A stretch of 64,000 nt of DNA from Rebecca billardiae RCC1528 (Eukaryota > Protista > Haptophyta), in the NCBI GenBank assembly GCA_965240325.2, contig OZ251239.1:62001-126000 (forward strand). Reading direction: 5' to 3'. The notes beneath the pieces are model-generated. The model was not told the origin of the DNA and did not search any database. It saw only the letters and a program-made list of their open reading frames with translations. This document shows, piece after piece, positions 37,554 to 47,335 of this stretch (the first letter of the stretch is position 1; every line of letters starts with the position of its first letter). The translations under genes were made by a program, and so were the position numbers.

Positions 37554-38921
37554 ATGGCGGCCCTCGTCGCCGAGGCCCTCCGCCGCTACTTCGCCGCGCG
37601 CTGCGGCGCACAGCCAAGCGTGCGCGCGCTCGGCGAGGCCTCCTCTCCGCTGACAGCCAGGGCGGGAGAGCTGTTGGACGAGCGCGAGATGTCGGCTGCG
37701 CTCGGCCGCCGCGTGCGCTCCGCACGCCTTCGCGCATTTGAGGACAAGCGCGGTGGGCTCAGCGGCGACTTTGTCCTGGTCGATGTACTCTTCGACGACG
37801 CGCCCATCCACGATCCGCCGGCGGCCATGGAGCTCGTCCTCAAGCGCACGCGCGAGGAGGGCCGCCCAACCGCGATCGTGCTCGGCACGGCGCGCGAAGC
37901 CTTGTTCTTCGCCCACCTCGGCCGGCAGCTGGGCCCGCTCATCCCGACAGCCTACCGCGCGTACGCTGACCTCGCGAGCGGCCGGAAGGAGGTGCTGCTC
38001 GAGCGCCTCCGCGGCGAGCCGGCAGGCACCTGGTTCGGGCCGGGCAACCCGAACAACTGGCCCCTCTCCGCAGAGCAGCTCGAGGCCGCGGCGCGTCGGG
38101 CGGGCCCGGGCACGGCGGTGAGCGTGAGTGCGGAGGCCTTCGAGGCGTACGCGTCGCTGCACGCCGCGCACTGGCGCGACGCGGCGATGCTCGCGCACAC
38201 CTGGCTGCGCGGCGCGGAGTGGTGCCAAGCGCGCAGCCGCAGCTCGTGGGAGGCCGCCCAGCGCCTCGCCGCCGACGCGTGGGCCGAGCACGCGCGGGCC
38301 ATCGAGGAGGGCAGCTCGCCGATCCGATGGGACGCGCACGTGCGCGCGTGCCTCGACGCCAGCGTCGCCAAGGCCGCGTGGGCGCGCTTCCAGGCCGAGC
38401 TGCGCCAGCGCCCCTTCGCGCTGGTGCACGGCGACTGCCACCCGCACAACCCTAACCCTAACCCTAACCCTAACCCTAACCCCTTCGCGCTGGTGCACGG
38501 CGACTGCCACCCGCACAACGTGCTGCGCGTCAGAGAGCGCGCGGGCCCGGCGCGCGTCGTCCTACTCGACTTCGAGATGGTGGGCGTCGGCTCGCCCGCG
38601 CAGGAGATCGGGCAGTTCCTCGTCTCGCACATGGCGCCCGAGCTGCGCCGAGCGCACGAGCGCGAGCTCGTGCGAGGGTACCACGCTCGCCTCGTGCGAG
38701 AGCTGAAGGCGCGAGGGCACGCCGCCGACGCCGAGGCGTACTCGCTCGACGAGTGCTGGGCGGAGTACGTCGAGGGCGGCGCGGGGCGCTGGCTGTGGTT
38801 CGTGCCGTACCTCGCCAAGGTGTGCAGCCCCGCGATGGGCCAGTTCTTCCACGACCAGCTCGCGGCGTTTCTGCACGACCACGTGCCGAGCGCCGAGCGT
38901 GCGCCCATGCCGCGTGCGTAG
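37554..38921 (+). CDS. APH/choline kinase/EcKL-like phosphotransferase
   Basis: LVLKR, RE ALFF, Brenner motif HGDCHPHN (present twice), VVLLDFEM, GSPAQEIGQFL. Confidence 0.88.
   Translation: MAALVAEALRRYFAARCGAQPSVRALGEASSPLTARAGELLDEREMSAALGRRVRSARLRAFEDKRGGLSGDFVLVDVLFDDAPIHDPPAAMELVLKRTREEGRPTAIVLGTAREALFFAHLGRQLGPLIPTAYRAYADLASGRKEVLLERLRGEPAGTWFGPGNPNNWPLSAEQLEAAARRAGPGTAVSVSAEAFEAYASLHAAHWRDAAMLAHTWLRGAEWCQARSRSSWEAAQRLAADAWAEHARAIEEGSSPIRWDAHVRACLDASVAKAAWARFQAELRQRPFALVHGDCHPHNPNPNPNPNPNPFALVHGDCHPHNVLRVRERAGPARVVLLDFEMVGVGSPAQEIGQFLVSHMAPELRRAHERELVRGYHARLVRELKARGHAADAEAYSLDECWAEYVEGGAGRWLWFVPYLAKVCSPAMGQFFHDQLAAFLHDHVPSAERAPMPRA
38411..38519. repeat. Interstitial telomeric tract (AACCCT)5 flanked by a 40-bp exact direct duplication, inside the kinase CDS
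   Basis: 38411-38450 = 38480-38519; 29-nt cctaaccctaa… filler; net +69 nt. Confidence 0.95.
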
Positions 38922-39743
38922 GCGTAGCACTAGCAGTTATTGTGGCGATGATGATGCCAATATCATTGACTCGACGACGACGACGACTCCGCCTGTCATG
39001 ACTCAGACCTGAGACGACGATGCACGTATACTGACAGTATTAAAACGCGGCGGTCACCGCCGTCGCACGAGTAAGTGCCAGCATGAGCAGCAGGCAGCAG
39101 CATGCGGCCGCGAGCGGCGCGTTGGCTGACTGCGACTCGCACGGAGTCGGTCGGAGTACGGCATCATATTATATATATATATATATATATCATCAGCGCC
39201 GACTCGTGCTGACAGTGATGGGCATGGCCGATTTTGCCGGGCGCAGCCGGCACGACTACTGAATCTCGTCGCCAGCCTGAGCTGTGTGCGTCTCTTAGTT
39301 GATCTTAGTAAACTATGTATATATATATATATATACTCTATATATATATATATAGATATATATAGCCGACGACGAGGCATCGCCATCATCACAGTCACAC
39401 ACACTGCCGTGCTGAGCACGCGGCTGAGCTACGTGCTGACGACGATGCAACGGTACGGTACTATACTAGTACTACTTGACTACTGAGGCCTGGCGGCCGC
39501 CGGCGCGTAGGCTGAGGCTCGTACGTAGGCTGCGCGTTACATGGGTGATGCGGCGGGCCTCGCGCGATCATGAGGACCGTTACCGTACGTTGATAATATA
39601 CTCACTCACCGTATGAGTCACTGGGCGGCCCGGCGGCCCTCCACGGCGCTGGTCCGCATAGCGGGCGCGGCCCACCCTCGCCGTGCCGCCGCGAGCCGTG
39701 CGCGCGCGCCGCGCCGGCAGACCGCGTCGCCCCAGGCCCCCAC

Positions 39744-40520
39744 TCACGCCGCGCCGCCGCCGCCGGGCGGGTGCCCCGCCGCGCCCGCCCTCGGCATCAG
39801 CAGCCCCTCGACCTCGAGCACCGAGCTCACGCGGTGCGTCGGCACCGGCGCGTCCGCCGGGGGCTCGGGGCTGTCGCCGCGGACCCACACGGTGGCGAGC
39901 AGCCCCGCGTTGAGCCCGCCCTGCACGTCCGCGCGCAGGTTGTCCCCCACCATCACCGCCTCCTCCGCGCGCGCGCCGAGCGCGCGCAGCGCCGTGTGGA
40001 AGATGGATGGCTGCGGCTTCGCCTCCGGCTGCTCGCCCGAGACGACGAGGCGCGTTTCGTCAAAGAGCGCGGCGGCGTCGCACGCGCGCAGCTTGGCGCG
40101 CTGGATCTCGGCGTGTCCGTTTGTCACCACGCCCATCACGTACCCCGCGCCGCGCAGCCGGCCGAGCATGGCCGCCACGTCTGGCGGCACTCTGAACAGC
40201 GAGAGGCGCGTGTCCGCCCACGCGTCGTGCACGGTCTGGGCGAGGTCGGCGGGGGCGGGCGCGCCGTCCTCGCCAAGCGCGCGCGCCCAGAGGCCCGTGC
40301 GCCACTCGGCCGCCGTCATCGCCGAGCCCGCCGGCGGGAACGGCTCCGCCGCCAGCTGCGCCCTGAAGCGCTGCGCGTACTCGTCCGCGCCCGCGCCGCC
40401 GCCCACCCGCTCGGCCGCGAGCGCCGCCGCGTGCGCGATCGCGTGGCGGTCGATGGCGCTGGTGGGCACGAGGGTGTCGTCGAGGTCCCACAGGATGGCC
40501 GACGCGCGCGAGAGCGCCAT
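39744..40520 (-). CDS. HAD-superfamily phosphatase (N-acylneuraminate-9-phosphatase/HDHD4-like)
   Basis: WDLDDTL, VTNG…IQRAKL, KPQPSIF, MVGDNLRADVQGGLNAG. Confidence 0.9.
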   Translation of the reverse strand: MALSRASAILWDLDDTLVPTSAIDRHAIAHAAALAAERVGGGAGADEYAQRFRAQLAAEPFPPAGSAMTAAEWRTGLWARALGEDGAPAPADLAQTVHDAWADTRLSLFRVPPDVAAMLGRLRGAGYVMGVVTNGHAEIQRAKLRACDAAALFDETRLVVSGEQPEAKPQPSIFHTALRALGARAEEAVMVGDNLRADVQGGLNAGLLATVWVRGDSPEPPADAPVPTHRVSSVLEVEGLLMPRAGAAGHPPGGGGAA

Positions 40521-40686
40521 CTGCCCGCGGCGCCGCGTGGCGGCGCGCTTCCGCGTGGGCGGAATCAGCAGCAGCGACTTCCACGTCCGGTGCCGCGGAG
40601 TGCCGCCGTGGCAACCTTCCCCAGTCCGGACCGACCGCTCCTGCGGGCTGGCTCCGCGCAGCTTCGTGAGCTCGCGGCCGGTGGTG

Positions 40687-41964
40687 ATGACGACGCGCGC
40701 GCTCGCGCTGTGCGCGCTCTGCGCCGCCGGCGTCGGCGCGGCGAGAGGGCCGCCGCGCGTCGAGCGGCTGCACTGGGCGTCGGGCGCCACGCCCAGCACC
40801 GCGTTCCCGCGCCGCGTGCTCGTGGGCGGCGCGGTCGCCGCTGCGCTGCCGCTGCGCCGCGCGCTCGCGGCGCAGCGGTACGTGCCCGCGCGGTACTCGC
40901 TCGTGCCGCAGGGCTCGATCGCGGAGAAGGAGCGCCGCCTCGCCGAGGTGCGCCGCTCGCTCGGCGCCGCGTCCGACGACGAGGCCGACCCGTACCTCGT
41001 CGGCGAGCGCGCGCAGCTCGAGTTTGACCTCGAGCGTCTGGCCGAGAACCGCGAGGCGGTGCTGCGCATCCGGAGCGGCGTGGCGAAGGGCGGGGCGTAC
41101 GTGCAGCGGCTCACGCTGCGCGTGCCCGACCTCGCCGCCGCGCGCACGTTCTGGGTCGACGGCCTCAAGATGAGCGAGCTCCGCGCGCCGCGCTCGCCGC
41201 TCGACGGCTCGAGCTCGGTCGTAGTCGGATACGGCCGCGAGGGCCTTGGCTTTGACGACGGCGCCAAGTTCGCGCTGGAGCTGGTGCAGGCGTCGGCGGC
41301 GGAGGGCGCGGCGCAGCCCGCGCCCGCCGGCGCGCCGCCCGCCGCCGAGCTCGCGTACGTCCAGCTCCGCGTGCCCAACGTGCGCCTCTCGTCGCTCTCG
41401 GCGGCCGGCGGCAGGATCGAGTCCGCGTACGGCTGGGTGCAGGTCGTGTCTCCGCACGGGCTGTGCGCGCGCGTGCTCACGGCGAAGCGGCGGGACCCGT
41501 TCGAGCTCGTCGCGCTGCGCGTGCCCGACGTCGACGCCGCCGCGCGGTACTACGCCCGCGCCTTCGGCATGCGCCCCGTGCCCGCGCCCGCCGCGCCCAA
41601 GCTCGCCAAGGACTCCGGACTGCTCGGCACCGGACTTTTGGCACGCCAGTACGAGGACCAGGACCCGTTCAGCCCGCCGCCCGTGTACGGCTCGGTGCTG
41701 ATGGCGCCGGGGTGCTGCGCCGCGGAGGACGGCGTGGGCGTGCTGCTCGTGCCGATGCAGGCCGCGGGCCTGCCCGTCGGCGTGCGCCCAGCGCCGGCCG
41801 GCCGCGAGCCGCTGCTGCACGTGGCGAGCGGCGCGCCGAGCGCGAGCGCGCTCGAGGCCGCGGGCGCAGTCGCGGACGGCGCGCTCGGCGCGGTCGCGCG
41901 CGACCCGGCGGGTGTGCGCATCGCGGTGGACCCGACCGAGGCCGTCGAGGCGCTCGTGAGGTGA
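40687..41964 (+). CDS. Two-domain VOC/glyoxalase-like protein with bipartite leader (probably plastid-targeted)
   Basis: LTLRVPDLAAARTFWVDGLKM…FALELV and VALRVPDVDAAARYYARAFGM; N-terminal signal peptide then RR-hydrophobic-ALA. Head-to-head with the HAD gene. Confidence 0.75.
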   Translation: MTTRALALCALCAAGVGAARGPPRVERLHWASGATPSTAFPRRVLVGGAVAAALPLRRALAAQRYVPARYSLVPQGSIAEKERRLAEVRRSLGAASDDEADPYLVGERAQLEFDLERLAENREAVLRIRSGVAKGGAYVQRLTLRVPDLAAARTFWVDGLKMSELRAPRSPLDGSSSVVVGYGREGLGFDDGAKFALELVQASAAEGAAQPAPAGAPPAAELAYVQLRVPNVRLSSLSAAGGRIESAYGWVQVVSPHGLCARVLTAKRRDPFELVALRVPDVDAAARYYARAFGMRPVPAPAAPKLAKDSGLLGTGLLARQYEDQDPFSPPPVYGSVLMAPGCCAAEDGVGVLLVPMQAAGLPVGVRPAPAGREPLLHVASGAPSASALEAAGAVADGALGAVARDPAGVRIAVDPTEAVEALVR

Positions 41965-43485
41965 GCCCGCGCACCCGGCCCGCCACCGCGCGCCAGCTCC
42001 TCCCAGCTGGCGCTGCCACTGGGCATCGGGCGGGTCGATCGATGCGGCAGCAGAGGCTGAGCAGCGGCAGCCGCAGCCGCGGACGTCTGTCTGAAGCAGT
42101 CATCAATGATGTTGTCTGTCAGTCTGTGTCCTGGGCCTGTCAAGCCTCCTGACGAGGTGTCCTCATCCGCATCGGCATGAACATCGGACTCGGTCGACGA
42201 TGGCGAACGCGGCGTGCGCTGCCTCGGCTGCCTTGCCCTTCGGTCTTCAGCCCCATCACGGTACGAGTGTCGCCAGCACATATCCGAGTCGTCCTTATTC
42301 GGAATTAGCCTAACTAACGTACAGACGTATACTATAAGCTAGTAGTGAAGCGCCGCCGCCGGGTCCTGCGGCTCGGTCTCGTCCGGCGCGGGCGTCCGCC
42401 GTCCCCGCGTCCGCCGGGCCGCGGACGCGGTGCATTCTGATTTCGGATGGCGGTCTGTTATTCTGCGCAGGCGCCGGTGCATGGCCCAGCTCACGCCTCA
42501 CGCCCACGGCCACAGCACTGCGGCCGCTGCCCGTGGGCGTGCATTCGTGACGACGTGTGAACCGGCTGCGCACGTGTCACAGACCCGAGACCGGGTGACT
42601 ACGTCTACGAGTAGTGGCGCCCCTTCGGCCCGTGGTAGCAGGCCGGGGGCTGTCTCTGCCGCGGCGCCGCGCGGCCCGCCGCGTGTCCGCGCACCGCTCA
42701 CCGCGCAGCGCAAGCCGGCAAGGCCGCCAGGCGCTGGCTGGGTGCTCGCGGGCCACCACCGTGGTCCCTGGACGAGTGAGACCGCGAGATGATTGCGATG
42801 ATGACGACGCAATTTAAGACGCGGCAAGAAGTCAATATGAAGCAGTAGTCGTCATCACTTTTGAAGTCGGCCACGCGCGGTGCGTCCGAGGGCTGACAGG
42901 CGGCCCCGATTATTATAGTAAGTAATTATAATAAATTATTAACAAAACTATATATATATATATGTATATATACACATCATATTATATTTAACTACTCCTA
43001 ACTGTGAGTAACTCCCCGCCGCCCCGCCTTAGTCTTAGAAGCCACTCTACTGACTCTACTCTCTAGCCACTACGGCCAGCCTCGATCAGCGGAGTCGGAG
43101 CCCGCGCCAATGATCCTTTGAGTCATCCAAGGCGGATCACGGAAGACCGAGTCGGTCAGTCGGACTCGGAGTCGTCAGTCTCGAGCTCAGCCTCGCCGGG
43201 CCCGCCGCTACTCAGGGGCGGACCCACTGACCCTGGCGCGCACGCGCGGTCCGATGGCCGACGACGACGGCGTCGCAACGATGCGGGCGGGCGCGTATAT
43301 GATGCCGCGCGCGTGCCACTCCTTGCGCTCAGCGCGCATGTAGACTGCTTACGCTGTGCCCCCTGCCACCACTGCGCACATGGGGCCAAGCAGAGCACGC
43401 GCAGCCCGCAGCCAGCGCCAGCGCGAGGCCGCGCCGCACGAGAGATGACTCGTCGGCGGGGAGGGATGTGGCGACACCAGCCACC

Positions 43486-43914
43486 CTATTCGATCGAGTT
43501 GTCGCCTCGCAGGAGCGCTGCGCTCACCAACATCGACGAGGCACGCTGCGAGCACCGCTCAAGCCGCTTTCGAGCGGTCGAGCAGCCCACGTTGGCACCA
43601 CGAACGCCCGAGCCGCCGCCGGCGGCCGATTGGACGCACTGGTACCACCTGATGGTCTCGTCAGGGCACGCCTTCGAGGCGACGCAGACCAGGTTGGCGA
43701 ACTTCAGCTTAGCTTGGTCCGCGCGGCTCGCGTACTCGCCCGTCGCCAGACGGTCCAAGAAGGGGAGGCACTCGCGCACGCCATCGACCATTGGCGCAGA
43801 CACGCGATTCTCCTCGAGGCCGGAGAGCTCGCGCGCCTCCCACCGGCCTGCGTACAGCGCGGCCTCGAAGGTGAGGAGCGCGGAGCAGTCGGGTAGGCGG
43901 AGCTGCTCATTCAT
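43486..43914 (-). CDS. Twin CX9C (CHCH-like) small protein
   Basis: C-PDETIRWYQ-C and C-STARKRLER-C; 142 aa, ATG to stop. Confidence 0.65.
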   Translation of the reverse strand: MNEQLRLPDCSALLTFEAALYAGRWEARELSGLEENRVSAPMVDGVRECLPFLDRLATGEYASRADQAKLKFANLVCVASKACPDETIRWYQCVQSAAGGGSGVRGANVGCSTARKRLERCSQRASSMLVSAALLRGDNSIE

Positions 43915-44116
43915 GGCCCCTGCACGGCACGCACTCGAGGAACGCTCGCCTGCGACGGCACGCGATCAGCGCTTCTCTTCGTCAGCACCACGGCCGGCAG
44001 CGCCGCGGCGGCATGTGTCGACGACGACGCGCTGGTGAACCACAGAATCGGCGGGATTCCGCGCGAAAACTCGAATAACAGCCGCGAAACCTCGCGGCCA
44101 CTTTCGGCAAAGCAGC

Positions 44117-44626
44117 ATGGCGTCGGCGGCGATGACCGCCCTCGACAAGACGCTCGTGGGGTTCGCCTGCCTCTTTGCCTTCGTCGCGCTCGTCTTCGAG
44201 CCGCTCGGGCTCCACATCTGTGGATGGGACGGTCTCGTTGCGTGCAAGGACGTGAGCACCGTCGGCTGGCTCTGGCACCTGTATGCATCGCGCTTCGATC
44301 CGATCTTCCTCAATCTGCCGCTGTGGCTGAAGATCATGAACTCGTTGGACACGCTGCTCTTCAGCTGGGTGTACCTGTCCGTCGCACTGCTGCTCCCAAG
44401 TGGCCGCTTGGACTCGTCGCCTACCTGCAGGGCGCTGGTCTGCGCAGGCGCAGGCGCGCTCCTTTATTCGACCATTGTCTACTTTGCATACGAGCTGATC
44501 GCAGAGCGCGGCCGTGCGGACTTGCCCATGGTCACCCTGATCAACCTGCCCTGGACGCTGTGGCCAGTGGGCGTCCTCTTCCGCCTATCGGCGGCGCCAC
44601 CGACCAGCAAGCGCCGCGTTGCCTGA
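44117..44626 (+). CDS. EXPERA-domain (EBP/TMEM97-like) membrane protein
   Basis: Four hydrophobic helices, WHLYASRFDPIFLNLPLW, YSTIVYF, NLPWTLWP. Confidence 0.85.
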   Translation: MASAAMTALDKTLVGFACLFAFVALVFEPLGLHICGWDGLVACKDVSTVGWLWHLYASRFDPIFLNLPLWLKIMNSLDTLLFSWVYLSVALLLPSGRLDSSPTCRALVCAGAGALLYSTIVYFAYELIAERGRADLPMVTLINLPWTLWPVGVLFRLSAAPPTSKRRVA

Positions 44627-44933
44627 GCCGACGATATGCGCTGTGCACGCACATGCTGATTTTACTCGGCTCACGAGTCACGGGCACACGGTTCACTGTC
44701 ATACTAGTGTCAGGGGGCCAGAGAGAGTCGTCTCACAGTCAGAGTCACGTCGCGCAGCAGCGCAGCAGGTCATATCGTCATCCTCGGACTCGGAGCCGAT
44801 GACGAAGACGAGTCGCGTAGACCTCAGCTATGACTATGTGACACGGCCGCAACGTACTCGGCACTCCGCGAGTCCGCGGCTGCTCCGCCGGAGTGATACC
44901 GATTGGCACTGGCAGCACTTGCTGGACTGTCAC

Positions 44934-45690
44934 TGCGAGAGTGTCGCCCGAGCCGCAGCGAGGCGCGCAAGGTGGAGGCGTGGCGCTGCTGCAGTGACGC
45001 GGCAGCCGCCTGCCGCCTGCCGGCCCAAGCACCGCATCGCCGCCACTTATCAGCACGCGCCGCCGACCTGTTCTGGCCGTACGGGGGCACCGGGGCGTGG
45101 CCATCAATCAGCCGAGGGCTGGTCGACGCGGTCCCAGAACTAGAAGCTGCGTGGGCCAAGCCCAAGTAGTGCCTCGACCTCCACCCGTCCCAGAAAGCCT
45201 CTGATGAGCCCGTCTAAGTCTTCATCGGCTCAGCGGGCTCAAAACCTACCCGTACCGCCCGGAGCGAAGGTTTTGAGCTCAGTGACTATGAAATGGGCTG
45301 GCAACGAATAGCTGCGGGTATTCTTCAATACCAGAAGGCCTTGATGTAGGGGGCTGGGACGGGTGGAATCAATAAGAGACGAACCGCCCGCAGGACGTAG
45401 GGTTCGGGTTTCAGGGTTTTGCCTGCAGCACGTCGGCTTCACCAACCGCCCTTGGCTTCACCCTCACGCAGCACGCCAGGGCTCCTCAACTATACTAGGC
45501 ACGTTCGATTCCAAACGACGATGACGAGCCAACACGCAGAGCTCGAGCGCATCCTCAGCAACGTCCCCTCGCCAAGCGCGCCCACAAAGGTGGACGCAGC
45601 CGCTATCTTTGACGGCGCGGTGCGCACATTTGCTGCACGCTCGCGCGCTGTCTTGCAGAGGTTGCGGGACGAGCGCGCCCAGCGCGCCCA
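44934..45690 (+). pseudogene. Decayed partial duplicate of the Fringe-like glycosyltransferase 3' half, interrupted by a MITE
   Basis: 44935-45174 aligns to 46261-46470 and ~45390-45670 aligns to ~46503-46758, with many small insertions. Confidence 0.85.
45180..45367. mobile_element. ~190-bp Stowaway-like MITE
   Basis: Perfect 14-bp TIR TCCACCCGTCCCAG; absent from the paralogous copy at ~46470; TA TSD not preserved. Confidence 0.7.
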
Positions 45691-45779
45691 ATCGCGGTCG
45701 TCCGCGTCGGGACCGCCCTGGCCAGCTGCCAAGCGCGCGCAGCGCGTCCCATCGCCGCCCCTGCCGCCCTCGCCCTCGC

Positions 45780-46770
45780 CGCCGCTGCGTGTGCTCATCG
45801 CCCTGATGGGCACCGCCAGCCGGTACGCGCTGCTGCGTGAGCAGCGCGCGCTGGCAGCCGAGTTCCCGCCGCTTCCCAGCGAGCGGCTGGAGGTGCGCCG
45901 GCTGAGGATGGGCGACGTGGAGTGCGCCGGCCAGGCGGCGCTCGATGCCAGCCTCACTCACTGTGGTGACGACTGCCCTTCGGCTCACGACGCCCGCGCC
46001 TGCTACGCGTGACGCTGGGTGAGTGCCGTCGCCGTGGCCAACCGCACTCGAAGCACCGACAGCGGCGGCGGCGGCGCGGGCAGCGGTGCCACCGCTGGCG
46101 TTGGGTGGGACTGGGACTGGCTGCTGCTCGGCGACGACGACACGCTCGTCATGGTCGACGGGCTGCGCGCCGGGCTCGCGGGCGTGGACGCGCGCGTGCC
46201 GCTCGCGCTCTCTGCGGTCCACGGGCTGCTCAACCGCACCGTGTTCAGCTCCGAGGCGATGCGAGAGTGTCGCCCGAGCCGCAGCAAGGCGCGCAAGGTG
46301 GAGGCGTGGCGCTGCTGCACTGACGCGGCAGCCGCCTGCCGCCTGCCTCCCAAGCACCGCATCGCCACTTTGCACGCGCCGCACCTGTTCTGGCCGTACG
46401 GGGGCACGGGCGTGGCCATCAGCCGAGGGCTGGTCGACGCGGTCCCAGAAGCTGCGTGGGCCAAGTGCCTACGGCTGGGGGTCCTCAAGGGACGGAAAAC
46501 CGCGCAGGACTTAGGGCTTGGGCTGTGCCTGCAGCACGTCGGCTTCACCCTCACGCAGCACGCCAGGCTCAGCAACTATACGTTGCACGTTCGATAGTCC
46601 AAACGACGATGATTAGCCAACGCGCAGAGCTCGAGCGCATCCTCAGCAACGTCTCCTCGCCAAGCGCGCCCACAAAGGTGGACGCAGCCGCTGTCTTTGA
46701 CGGCGCGGTGCGCACGTTTGCTGCACGCTCGCGTGCTATCTTGCAGAGTATGCGGGATGCCAAGCACTGA
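45780..46770 (+). pseudogene. Fringe-like/GT31 glycosyltransferase with in-frame TGA and a 3' frameshift
   Basis: WDWLLLGDDDTLV, WPYGGTGVAISRGL, QDLGLGLCL. TGA at 46010-46012 lies between two same-frame ORFs; frameshift/TAG at ~46595. Confidence 0.75.
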
Positions 46771-46823
46771 AGAGTGAAGCAGCAGTCGACTTTGGGCGGG
46801 GACCCTTCGCATCGTGTAATAAA

Positions 46824-47025
<202 letters not shown>

Positions 47026-47335
47026 TGCTGTAGCTTATACTCCGCGACGATCGTCGATCGAGATAGCGCAGCGGCAGCATGATGATGCCGCGATGAAAAA
47101 AATTAAACTGCGCGGGGGCCTGGCGGCCTTGTGGCTTGTCCCGGTAGGCTGGTCCGGAACATGCAGCGCGTCTAGGACGCTGACGGAGAAGCTGGTTAGG
47201 GCCGGCAGACCCGACGACGATGGGACGAGTCGCACACGAATAACAGTGCGATGCCGAATGTGATCTAACTATATCATCTATATCTATATCTATATATCTA
47301 TATCTATAGAGATATATATTATACACATATATATA

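Noticed and set aside
45200-45250. Hammerhead ribozyme (CTGATGAG followed by a stem)
   Set aside because: The stem is followed by TCAAAA, not the required GAAA, and stems I and III cannot be formed.
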